A stretch of 48,816 nt of DNA, filler included, from Sphacelaria rigidula (GCA_964200075.2; 2 parts of 2 records of this genome joined end to end with filler, not necessarily neighbours in it), one strand, 5' to 3'; counted from the whole stretch's first letter, positions 33,301 through 44,968 are shown. A program made the numbers and translations. The notes: generated by a model not told the origin, from the sequence alone.

Positions 33301-36300
33301 AGCTGTTTTGATGTCCCGAGTGAAGAGTGCTCGATTATCTTCGCCACTGCATCTCTCAACAACTTTTTTTATCGCGGTACCGACTATATTTGTGAGACAA
33401 TATACGCCAACCCTGGCCAGCCGGTGGCCATCGCGTGGGTGATGTCTGTACGGCACCGATCACAACACGAGCCATCCTGGGAAACAGCACGACAGCCAAC
33501 AAGAGGGAGCCAACAGCGTTGATGCGGCACAAGTCCTTATTTCGAGGTTGTTCCGCCCGGGCAGCACGAAACAACATACAACGACAACAACACCATCGTG
33601 TCTCGTGCCCCTTATCCTAAGTCGTGCATGGATGCAGGAGCAAGCGAAGGGCAAATGAAGACTGTCATGTCAACCCCAGCCACCGCAACCATACCGCGGG
33701 CACGGCAACGCTGAAAGCGAAATAACCCGTGTAACCGCTTGTGCGGCCGCGGTTGTCCTGAGTATCATCTCACCACCGCACTGTACTGTACTGTACTGTA
33801 CCACGGCTGCGGGACCCAGAAGGTCGGGAAACCCATGTGTGACGGAGGACATACTAGAAGTCGATTTTGATCATATAATGTTTTACATAATATGGAGAGA
33901 CTGGAAAATAATAATGATAATAATGATGATGATGATGATGATAATAATAATAATTGATTATTTGAAGTTAGTGTTTTTGTTACACGAAATAACCCGTACC
34001 TATGAAACCACTGCCAAACGGATATTTTCCGGTTGAAAGCAGTGTTAAGTTTTTCGAGCCATGATGACTTTATCCCGATGAACGTTCAATACCTACACTC
34101 GGAGATTGGTGAAAAGATCAAAGTGCCCCAAAACTATCCGAAGGGAAAACCATTTCAAAAATAAGCTTTGAACCACTTTCTGACTAAGCGATCATCAAGC
34201 TCCATGACACACAGCCCCAGATCCTGGCTCCGTGCTACAATGGCGCGAACAACTTAATCACGATCATTCTGGTCAACAGCCATCAAGACATACTTCTTGT
34301 AACTTCTAGCTGCTGATTCCGCTGCCACCGAGAAACTGTAAAATACCAACAAATGGGTAATAACGCCTCCACGAAAACAGATCATCACCCCTTATTGCCC
34401 CGACAACACGGATTTGGAAGGATTTCCTGTGGTCGACCTGTTCTTTCATTAAATGTCTACCGATTTCAGCACGTTTGACTGGAAATGGCCAATACGCTGC
34501 TGAAATTCCCCGAATGAGAGGATTATTTGCTTGAACGTTCAGCTCTGTACACTGAGAGCTTTCAGCTCTGTATTTCAGGAGGTCTTATGGTGGCAGATAT
34601 GACACTGCTACAACCTGCTCGGGAATTGATTATTCTACCCAGGGCGTTGCAATGCTCAGATACAAAGTGTACTCTGCGTCGTATTTGTACGAAGTGGACC
34701 ACAATGTTCACTGCGCTTTGTGCGCGAGAGAGGCCGCTTTTGCCGCAAAATTCCCCGTCTGCTGCCTATTATCGCTTTTCCGCACGAACTGATCATCGCC
34801 GAGAACGGCTCTCAACTGCCGGAAATTCTGCATCTGAGAAGCATAGCAGCATCTGATTTTTGTCGAACATAAACGCGAAACACTCCATAATCAAGACCGC
34901 CACGTATCATAGCAGAGAAAGGGAGACAGACCCTGCATGCGCTTCTGGGTGTACTGTGGAGATTACCCTTAGCATGGGCATACACAAAGCACTTCAGTGA
35001 ACATGGAGTTAAATGAGAGAAATAATTTTCTTGCGGAACCTTTATCCCCGTGAACCTTCCGATCATTCCGGCGGGTATATTTTTAACAATTCGCACCCGC
35101 CTTGAGCACCTCCTGAAGCAACCCGCAACTCGAATGGTGACGGACGCTCGAGTAGAGCAGCACGCGTAGTACCCTAGAAGCGCGAAACAACGACGGAAGC
35201 GTGTGCCATGTTGGTGTCCGGCAGTTGCCTGATCATCGTTTCTGCGGCTAGACGGAAAACTGTTCTCACCACATGGTCAGGATGAACGGGCCGCCAGAAT
35301 CCAGGCCAACCACTGCGCGGGGCGCCTATCGGCAGCACTCCATGCTCGGGGAGAAAAAGCGGAAGGCCGCCTAATGCGCAAACATATACTCCACCGTCAT
35401 GTGAAGCAGGGCCTGCCGATGTCGCTACCTGTGCACCGCTTGTCCCATCATCTCCCATCATCTCTACTCCTAGTCCTTTAGACATATCGGGAGCATCTGT
35501 TCCACCTTCCAGCAGCACATGGACCTGGCGCAGTGCGACGCAGTCCGACCATCGAATGTATCGAGTGTGTGAGAAGATCTTTAAACAGACGTCACGATGG
35601 CTCAGGGTCGAGTAAACCGCACAAAGATGCTTCGATGCGGGGGGTCATGGGTATCAACGAGGTGCCACATCGTGCGCTCGAGGGCCGTGTGAAGGTACGA
35701 TGTACGCTCGCATGACACTTGACCACCCACCAGGGCATTCGAAATGGATCAACGCGCTAATTTGTTTGACCCAACGATGCACCAACAGCAACGAACTCGG
35801 TGGGAAGCAATGAACTTGCATATTTCGGAAAAATCGCATAACATGTCTACTGGTACGACGGAGGCGTTTTGAATTTTTCTTGCCTGGTTTGCTGTGAGCG
35901 AGAGAGCTGCCGTAGAAACCTCCTCGTCCGTCATGCGCTTCAACGAGTATCCCAGTGGGGACAGGGCCGGTACATCACTGCCGTCCTCGGAGTGCTGCTC
36001 TATTGAAATATATATTGCACAGCAAACAAGCGATACATATGCCACTGAGGCTTCCCGAAACAGCACACTCGACACGAGTTTTACTCATTTCAAATGTGTC
36101 CAGGAAGATAACACAGAACCGGAGTAGCCGTGAATCGAACCTCGACCGCAAGGTCCTGCGATAGCTGCGTACATCCAAGCTGTATTCCTAAATTGACACG
36201 ATTTGCCACAAGAAAACTGAGGATATGGTGTACTGGATCATGATCTCATAGACATGTGCTCAAATGGGGCATACTCATCCACACAGTACTGCCGGCTGAA

Positions 36301-38680
36301 GTCACACGTTACGTCGCCAACATGGTACGTTTGTAATTTTGCGGCACCAACCACTGCAGAGCGAGCAAGACACTTTAGAGATGGTCACTTTCTAGTTTTC
36401 CTTGCTCCTTCTCTTGTCATTTTTATATTTTTTTTCGAAGTCTACTGCTTGTTCTACCTTTTCCTGTATTTCCTTCACGTTTCTTCAGTGAGTGTTGCAG
36501 TTTTGTTTAGCCTCGGGTACGCTTATCATGTAACCACGACTGGATCCCTGGAAGATGAATCAAAGTGCGACAATAAATCAAACTACTTAAACTGAACTTT
36601 GCCATCCTCGGCTCCGGGCTTGCGTCAGCGCTTGTATCTGGGACAACTGCAAACTAATAATATTACAAAGTATGTGCTTCTGGGGTTGGGTCACAGGGTG
36701 GGAGCACAGGCGGGCGTCATGGAGAAAAATTCTGTATCATACACACTGAAAACGGCGGACCCTCTCATGCTATCCCGTACCTCTGGCCCTTTCCCATGGG
36801 GGTTTCTCAGTCAGTTGAAAGGAGTACTTCGGCTCGGACTCGTCCTCAGACAAGAAGTTCCAGCCGCGGGTGTCCAGCAACTGGCACACAGGAAGACTCC
36901 GGGAAGCGACAAGGAAATTAAGGAGGCGCGTTTACTAGCATTTCGTCAATAGTGTCTACACCAGGTCAAGGTCAGTAGTGCACGGAGCTCGAGTACACGC
37001 GCCTGGCAAGTCAGCGTCGTGTGTTTAAAAGGAGAAGCGAACCCGGTAGCACTTGTCGCTCTAGTGCAAACATGTAGTACAGGACGCGTCGGATCGGTAC
37101 GCCGTAGTTTGATTGATTTGATCGGACAAATGCCGAGATAGCCCCCCCCACAAAAAGTGCACCGGAGAACGTCCGACAAACCGGCTGCGATCCCACGATT
37201 GGGCTCGTTTGCAGCAATTTCGCCCACGTGAGAGGCGTGTAGCAGTCCGAAATCAGCTGTAACTCCCAAACGAGTCGCGTCGTGCAGCACGAAACCAGCT
37301 CTGACGGCATATATGATCATCGCCTCCTTGCACTTTTTTGGCCGATTCGGGTGGGGAGGCTACAGTATCTCGGCAGCAGTCATCGGTTGATTACACTTTG
37401 ACCGACACACTCAGGGATCCAGCCGTGGTCACATAATAGACTGACTTACCCGAGACAACAAGACTGAAACGCTCGCTGAGGAAGAAAGAAGAAACAGACA
37501 ACGTAGAAAATAACAATAAAGTGGGCTAAGGAAAAGAAGAAGAGGGAGAAAAATAGGAAAACAGAAATGGCCGGCCTCTGCCACGTAGCTACGGTGGAAA
37601 AGAACCAAGTTTCACCACCATAAGATCAGCTGACGTCCTCAGCCGTCACATCGCACCACAACGGGAGGTCCCGTAGGCTATTCGACAGTGCCAGTATCCC
37701 CTACATTAGCTACATTGCGATGGAGGTGAGCAGTGTGACAAAAATCAATCGAATTCGACGGGCCAATTTCACCAGTGGTGCCACTGGAGCAACGCGCAAA
37801 ACAAACAGTACAATAGCAACCGTGTCGCCTCTGGTGGAAAAGGGCAGAACAAAAATTGGGAGGATCGCACTTGGCTGAAATTGAAAGCTACAACACCTTG
37901 TACATACCTGTTCGTAGGAAGTTCCAGCGGAGGGATCTATCCAGCAAGGAGCGTCCTCCGACCCTAGCATCTTTTCGAGCCCGAGGGGAGAAGCAGGCGC
38001 GAAACAAGGGGACCGGGGGAAGCACGACCGAACAACAGAAGACGACCGGACGTGAGAAAGTGAAGTATCATAGTACCCCAGAGAGCTTTTGAGTTTATCG
38101 AACGTTGTCGCGGAATCAGCTTTACGGTAGACGAACACACTGCGATCGAAATATCCACTTTGCAACAGCTCCGCTTCAAAAAACGACGACTGTCCAGCGG
38201 AGGGTATTGGTTCAAAGCGTGTCTTATGGGTCAGGAACACCTTAAATTTGGCATGGAAAAACGAAAAGGAGGGCTATCGGGGCGTCCTCCGGTGAGGAAT
38301 GTTGATACGCATACGAACTATCAAATGTGGGATTCTATTTTCGTTTGCTCTAATGGGGTGTTTGGAACCTTTTTGAACATCCCAGAAGATCGCTGGTAGA
38401 CATACAGTCCCGCTGCGCCCGCCTCTTCACACGCCTCCACCAGACTTGAACCAACGTATCCCCCGGCATCGAACACAGTATCACCCTTGGATAATGTGTC
38501 TTGCAAACTTGCACCGTGCCTTTCCATGTCTATTTCTCGTATCATAAACCCTTGGCTAGACAAAATGCGGACGAGAGTTTCTCCTCTCCCAAGAGCGGTG
38601 GTGCCATCTCCAAGTATGAGTAGTGCCTTGCGCGGTACTGCTTGGGGAGTGTGGTTCTGCGAGTCACCGCCTTCCTGCAT
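27718..38680 (-). CDS. msrBA: Putative multidomain protein: NAD(P)-binding/atypical SDR-like region + MsrB + MsrA (peptide methionine sulfoxide reductase fusion), ~725 aa
   Basis: Exons (minus strand): 38680-38369, 38240-38077, 37963-37908, 37300-37182, 36880-36781, 35999-35884, 35524-35270, 31434-31325, 30892-30765, 30350-30246, 29785-29683, 28327-27718. Total 2178 nt, all phases consistent, no internal stop. Exons from 36880 downward are well supported; 38240-37182 and the start codon are the most parsimonious of several options. Confidence 0.7.
28660..29390 (+). mobile_element. Non-autonomous interspersed element in the last Msr intron
   Basis: Homologous, in inverted orientation, to 46255-47140 (e.g. 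TTATCCGCTTGTC.AACCCCGTGC, GAGACTGTCT.CTGCTGC..TTGCAAAAATATCAAAC). Confidence 0.7.
30765..35999 (-). CDS. msrB: MsrB (SelR) domain exons 35999-35884, 35524-35270, 31434-31325, 30892-30765
   Basis: [60 protein letters not shown] and [11 protein letters not shown] (catalytic RxCIN Cys present). Confidence 0.9.
32910..34014. mobile_element. Putative non-autonomous hAT-like TIR element in an MsrB intron
   Basis: Perfect 15-bp inverted repeat TTCATAGGTACGGGT (32920-32934) / ACCCGTACCTATGAA (33992-34006); 8-bp direct repeat CAAACGGA at 32902-32909 and 34015-34022. Confidence 0.5.
33908..33953 (+). repeat. Compound (ATA)n/(ATG)n microsatellite
   Basis: Direct reading. Confidence 0.9.
36370..36585 (+). 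mobile_element. Short interspersed repeat, copy D
   Basis: T-rich body, then TAACCACGACTGGATCCCTG..CAAAGTGCGACAATAAATCA. Confidence 0.58.
36781..38680 (-). CDS. N-terminal region of the Msr gene: degenerate Rossmann/NAD-dependent epimerase (atypical SDR)-like
   Basis: [28 protein letters not shown] (beta1-alphaA-like), DTVFDAGG...[28 protein letters not shown] and LLDTRGW...EPKYSF (resembling the SDR C-terminal LGWEPKYS). Similarity judged by eye only. Confidence 0.45.
37385..37590 (-). mobile_element. Short interspersed repeat, copy E
   Basis: CAGGGATCCAGCCGTGGTCAC, A-rich body, GAAATGGCCGGCCTCTGC (as in copy C). Confidence 0.6.
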
Positions 38681-40610
38681 CGTGTTCAGCCTGCAGTATA
38701 CGCGCATGGGACGACAAGACGTTTTTCAGCTCACATCTGAAGCGGTATACATATTAGAAAACATAGATGGTGACGGTCAGAGTGTGTACTGTGCTCTGAA
38801 AAGGTCGTGTTGTACTATTCAATTCTCGACAGAGTCGGCGATGTCTGCGGCGGCTCAAGGCCAGCGTTATTGGACGGTGAACTCACGCGGGAGAAGGGAG
38901 AGATATGCAGTAGGCATACTTCCGGTCATGTCACAGGCTTCCGTGGCTTAGGGGCATGAAAGACGGCCTGAGAAGCCTGCGCTGCGTTCAAGGTACAGTA
39001 TGATCTCATTCAAGCGTTTGGTGTAGACAACTGAAACGAACATCAAAACCTTGACGTCTGCGGTAACCACGCTGCCGAGTGTTGTCCAATCGGAAAGATA
39101 CATTCCAATTTTGGGATGTACTCCAGGAGTGAAGGGTTTCCTTGCCTCGGGAAACTCGACGTTGCAGCGGCACGACTGGGGTGTCTTCCGCCGCACACCC
39201 CTTTCACGGCGTGTAGTTGGTTGCCCAAGAGGTGCACAACGTGATACGGATTCCAACGGTTTCCCGAGTCAAATCAAAGTGCTTCGATCCTGACACGTAT
39301 ACGCGCCGCTCCTGAGCGCAAAAACCGCCCTACAGAGCTGACTCGGGTAGAACGAAATAGCAGTCGATCTCGACCTGGAGCTCCGCTATCCCCACCGTAA
39401 GCTGCACCCACGATACAATTTCTTCGAGCCATGGACCCAAGGGCTATGCTTCATGCAGTGCGAGATGCGGTGGCACAGTCAGACAGATGGGGGTCTGACA
39501 TACGATGGGGAGGTGCGTCGACTTCTTGACAGAAAAAAAAAGTGCGAGCTTCGAGGATTCGATCTCCGCCCACGCGGTCTTGTAGGCAACAATCCGAACT
39601 CGTGGTGGCACAACATTGGCACATATGTGACACTCAGATATCGACAATCGAGATGGAAGAACCTTCAAATCTCCGTGTACCATGTGCGCCATATCTTCAT
39701 AACCAGAACGGCATTGAATTGTCTGACTACAGTTATCATGCTAGTTGAGGGGATGTCATCGCGGTTATAGTCGAATCGACTGCTGGCACATACGCTCTCT
39801 TTGCCGTGCTAAACGTACTCTTACAGAAGAAGAGCTCGGAGATGAATCCCTTCAATCTCTCACGCCCGTTCACGTCAACGAACGGCCTCTAGTATACAAT
39901 TATACGTTCCGGATCAGCACCTGGCAGGCCGATACTTGACCCCATACATTCGGCAACATGCCCTGAGCAAAGCTGCGAATTTCACGTGACAGATTTTTCG
40001 GAGAGTGATTATAGTTTTTAATGGCTACACGGTGTTCTTTCTGTGTCCATGTACATCCACTCTTGGGAACGGCCGCACCCGACTTCCATTTCTGCCGAGC
40101 AGCTTCGGGCCGAGGGCAGACCACCATAAACAAAAATGTGTAGCATGAAGTTTCGTCTGGAAATTTGCTCAAAGCGCCCCAAACACACCTCAGCCGCTCC
40201 CACCGTCTGCGTCGAAACGCATTGATACAAGTTGGCGCACATTAGGTGCCGTCTGTAGCGAGCGGTTCTACGTCAAAGTCGCCGTTCTGACGGGTACCTT
40301 GTGGGTTTCGAAGCTTGTCGAAGCAGGCATTTCCACCCAGGCCAGGGACGGCGGAATAGTAAAAAATAAACAAACGGATCGTTCCCAACGATTTTCACGT
40401 GCACAGCAAGCTCCCACATGACCATCTTTGAACCAGACAGCAAGAAAAGAAAACATCCCGTTATCTTTTTTCCACCAGGCGCCGGCTTCATACATATGGG
40501 GCCTCATATACATTATAGAAATACTCAAAAGAAAAATCAAAGTCCAAATTGACAAATCATAGTCCGAATTGAAAACGAAACCGTGAGAGCGCGATGTTAA
40601 GATTGACATT

Positions 40611-41555
40611 AAACACGGGATTTTACAAATTGGGGATGGGTTTGTCATTGAGGACGAACCCTGGAAAGCTTCTTACGCATCGAAATATTTTCGAAAACAA
40701 GATGCGAATGCACTCTACGGCCGTGATGTGCGGCTTTGATCCCCCCTATTCAGAAAATACATCTTCAATTTGAATGATCTCGTGTTCTTAGTAGATTTAG
40801 ATGAATAAGTACTTCCTCTGTCCCATAAGAAAAGGTACCTAAATTCGTACGGGCCCTTAACGCTGTCCGATCGTTTTTTTTTTTAATGACCTCTACGGTG
40901 TTTTTTGGGTCAAGAAAGTGTGTTTAAAATTTGCAGCTCGTGCTTGAACCATGCCGCCGAACGGCTGCACAAAAAAGTAGACGGCCCAAAATGGCCGTTT
41001 TTCGCCCCTTTTCGAGGGGGAAAAAAGTGTCGATTTTTTATTTGATTTTTTTTTATCGCGTGGGTCTTCCTGGTAGCAAGCCCTAATGAAGGCGGGGGCG
41101 ATTGATTTTTTATTTTATCGACACTTTTTTTCCCCTCGGAAAGGGGCAAAAAGCGGCCATTTGGGAGCCGACTACTTTTTTTTCAGCCGTTCGATGGCAT
41201 GGTTCAAGCACGAGCTTCAAATTTTATACACATTTCCTTAGCCCAAAAATACCGTGGAGCTCATTGAAAAAAAAAAACAGACATCGTTAAGGACCCGTAC
41301 AAATTTAGGTACCTTTACTTATGGGACAGAGGAAGTAACAGTTTGCGTGCCGGAATCACCTGAAGACGACATTGTTCGGTACAAAACCCCCGTATTGCAC
41401 CAATTTCAGATGACGTTTTTCAGGATGAGTGAGACCACACACAACGGGCGGAGAGAGCAGGTGTATTTTTTTCCGAAAATATTTCGATGCGTATGAAGCT
41501 TCCCAAGGTTCATTCTCAATAAAGAATACATACCCAATTTGTAAAATCCCGTGTT
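40611..41555. mobile_element. Outer TIR element hosting a nested MITE
   Basis: ~85-bp inverted arms AACACGGGATTTTACAAATTGGG...CGCATCGAAATATTTTCG (40611-40696) and 41470-41555. Confidence 0.65.
40812..41335. mobile_element. Stowaway-like MITE (Tc1/mariner)
   Basis: TA|CTTCCTCTGTCCCATAA...TTATGGGACAGAGGAAG|TA, with ~220-bp imperfect inverted arms. Confidence 0.88.
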
Positions 41556-41859
41556 ATTGCTCATACGCGGCCCACATTGTATACCAGTGATCGAGAGTGA
41601 ATACACTATATCCCAGTAGTTCATTGTTTCACACTAAAACCGAGTAATTCACGTTAGTGGAAATCTCCAGAAAACTAAAGCTGTCAGTACGCTTCAAAGC
41701 ATTTTGGATATAATCCCTGCGAAAACATAGGGACCATCCCGGAACATCAGTGCGAATTCCGGCGCCAATGATCGACCACCACCATGATGGTGGTAAGCCC
41801 ACTGCAGGAGATGGGACAGGGGAAACATTTTCCACAAAAACACGTGCTTCATCGACCTG

Positions 41860-42950
41860 CAGAACCTCTACGACTGCGTAGACTGCACGCTGCTGTGAGA
41901 AGTGCTTGCCTGGTCAGGAGTCCCGCCGCGAACGATCACATCATCCATATGTTTCACCAACGGCATATGAACTCAGGTATAGCTGGATGATGTACTATCA
42001 GCGTGAATCCACGTCTGCGAGGGACTCAGAGAATTCGTCCTCGCCATTGTTCAACATCTTCGGCGCAGCCCTGCTCGACGTGATCGTGCAGCGGTTCGGG
42101 GTAGACTCAGCCATCGTCTCAGACTTGGTATTTCCGGATGATGCGCCAAACGGTGACGAAAAAACTCTGGAATAGACGCCGCTGAAGCAGGTGCGGTGCG
42201 CGATTTGGGCAATGTTATGTGCGGATGAAGCAGGCATAGTCTCGATGTCCACAACTGGGCTTCCTAGAATGATGGCCGTGGTAGTAATGGCCTATCAGGA
42301 TACCGAATTGACGGTATCGGAGAGTGAGACAGAGTCCATGCGCCTGTGGTCAGTACGCAGCTCTGGCGAGACCGCCCTGCTCATCAGCGCGGCGGGCCAA
42401 CAATACAAGCAGGCGGCCAAATTTGTCTACGTTGGTGATGCTGACAGTACGGATGCAACTATATCCATCGAAATCGACTGCCACATCAGTGCTGCGTGGG
42501 TACGCCTTCGAAAGTACACCTCCTACCTCTACGATCGACCTAATGCCCAGCTATCTCTGAAACTCCGGCTGCTTACAGCGGAGGTGGTGGCAACTATGTT
42601 GTACCGATGTGCCACGTGGACGGTGCGCTCGGAAGACTTCGAGATTTTGCACGCTGCACACCAGAAGCGTTTTCTGCGAGTGGTTAGATGCCGTAGGAAG
42701 GAGCAAAATGGTTGTCAGACTCGTACCGAAATATGCTCGAGATGACCAAATGCGAAAACGCATCGTGCTCAGACGGTTAGCCGCACAAGGGCCCACGGAG
42801 ACTGGTCGCCCGCGAAACACCGGGAGGACCACCCTCAGGAAAGCCTACATGCGCTAGAGCCTCTCCCACGCGAAAAAGCACGGCTTTTAGAAGATGTTTC
42901 CGGGCCAGTCCCGCCATTTTCAGGGTGTGAATCACCGTCCATTTCTCTTC
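41860..42950 (+). mobile_element. Decayed LINE (RTE-like) reverse transcriptase fragment
   Basis: SPLFNIF, WAMLCADEAGIVS (degenerate YADD), FVYVG, LKLRLL.AEVV.TMLY.CATW; internal stops. Confidence 0.82.
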
Positions 42951-43370
42951 ATGGCTCTCGTGTGCGTAGGCAACAGGATGATCATGGTTTTACTATGGTA
43001 TAATTCCACAACGGCAGTGATACATGGCTTGCAAGCACGTTGTATGAAAAGCTCTACTCCATTACTTGCTTGTACGAGGTCTCAGTGCAAAAATTGAAAT
43101 TGAACAGGGTTACCGCGCCTCAAATATTCCTCTTCGCATCTTGGCTGGTCCGTTTCCACATAAGAACCGATTTTCGACAGAAAAACGCGATTTCCTTGTT
43201 CATTTTTGAGTCGATTCCCATCGAATTTTGACACGATGTACAAGAAGTATGTGCAAACACCCCATTTTTTCCCGGTGTTTTTCCTTTCCCTTTTCGTCAA
43301 TTATCAGTCACGGGAAAAAACCAGAACATTTCTTCTAGCAATAAATCGCGAATAATTCGGAAAAGATATT

Positions 43371-44727
43371 CACCACTCATCATGTGCCGGACACGCACCG
43401 GCATTTGTTTGTTGCGTTGTTTCGACGTAGACCGAACACGGCCCGACATCACGGGACTGGAACGGACACAAAAGCTGAGGGTTTGAGGGATCAAAGTAGA
43501 TCGAGCCACGTCGCGTCCGCGAGAAGTATACAGGACGATGAAACCTACCTCCTATAGGATGGATTGTCAAAGAAAACACGAGCACACAGCAGCAACTGTC
43601 TAGGTCGTGGCGATCCGACGGTGTAACGGTGATTGATTACGACATGATTGTTCCAATGAATGCAAACACAAGCGCCCAACCGCCCACACTCACAACAGGA
43701 GCAGCATAGTGCAGTGTGCACAGCACATCGTGGTCAAATAGCGCGTCCACGCTTACAATCTGTCTGTGTAGGTTGACCGGGATGGATGTTGCGTCGACCC
43801 CGGTCAATGTTTACAGTCAAGATGTACGCGCCGAGATGTACGAGGATGATTCACTTTTTTGTACTAGTCGGGGGTAAATAATGCGATGCGTCGCCCCGGG
43901 TCAGCGGTGCCGCTGCTTTTGCTGTCCTTTAGTATACCTTAAAATCTCGGACGTATATGTTTCCAATTGCTCACATACGGAAAGATCCAACAGTGTTGTC
44001 GAGAACTGTTTCTGGTTGGTGAACCGTCACAGGGCGTTTGAATTTCTTGCCTTACATTGGAATTTGGACAACAGATAAAAATCAGTTGCCAAGGGACATT
44101 GTGGGAACGTCACAAGAGCTTCGACAGTTCTTTACAAGTATTTTTCCCCTTCGCTGTTTTTTCACTTCGCCCTCGCGAAATCGAGATTGGGCCATACCGT
44201 TGTCTGTTGCCTGATGTACAGACAGCAGTATTGTACAGTATAGACACAATCATCTATATTTACGTTGAATCGGCGACTACATTTTTATTGTAAGAATTGA
44301 CTGGGATGGACATATCACCCCGCCGGTCAACCGACACAGACAGACTAAGCGTGGACGCGCTGTTTGACCATGTTGTGCTGTGCACACTGCACTGTGCTGC
44401 TGCTATGAGTCTGGACGGTCGGGTGCTTGTGTTTGCATTTCACTGAAACAATCAAGTCGTGATCAATTTCCGGTACACCGTCGAATCGCCACCACCTAGA
44501 TAGCTGCTGCTGCTTGCTTATGTTTTCTTCAACAATCCATCCTAGAGAAGATAAGTTCCATCGTCCTGGATACTTCTCACGGACTTGACGCAGTCTAGAC
44601 TGCTCTGGTCTCTCAAAGCCTCAGCTTTGTGCCGGCTCCAGTCCCGTGATATCGGGCCGTGTTCGGTCTACGTCGAAACGATGCAACAAACAAATGCCAG
44701 TGCGTATCTGGCACATGATGAGTAGTA
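43371..44727. mobile_element. Foldback-type element with ~470-bp inverted arms
   Basis: 43371-~43850 aligns inversely with ~44250-44727 (e.g. TTTCGACGTAGACCGAACACGGCCCGA.ATCACGGGACTGGA); termini CACCACTCATCATGTGCC / GGCACATGATGAGTAGTA. Confidence 0.88.
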
Positions 44728-44778
44728 GCAATCTAGCCTTCCCCTGATCTCAGCCATCGCACCTCCAGGGGGGCCTCA

Positions 44779-44968
44779 GGCCGTGTCTTATCAAATTGTT
44801 TTCGTGTCGAAAACGTGCGGTCGAATTGGATTCGCTCGTTTCTAATTCTTCCACGCTACTGATTTTCTGAGATGGTTGAGAACATGAATGCCGTGGACGT
44901 ATCAGGCACGAGCAAATTTGATTCCACCGTACGTTTTCGAGTCGAACACAATTTGATGAGGCACGGCC
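44779..44968. mobile_element. Tourist-like MITE (PIF/Harbinger)
   Basis: TCA|GGCCGTGTCTTATCAAATTG...CAATTTGATGAGGCACGGCC|TCA; 3-bp TSD; nearly fully palindromic 190 bp. Confidence 0.82.

Noticed and set aside
37640-37700. Extra exon [14 protein letters not shown] whose splice would create a TG|A (Sec) codon
   Set aside because: Needs additional weak splice choices; a simpler stop-free chain exists without it
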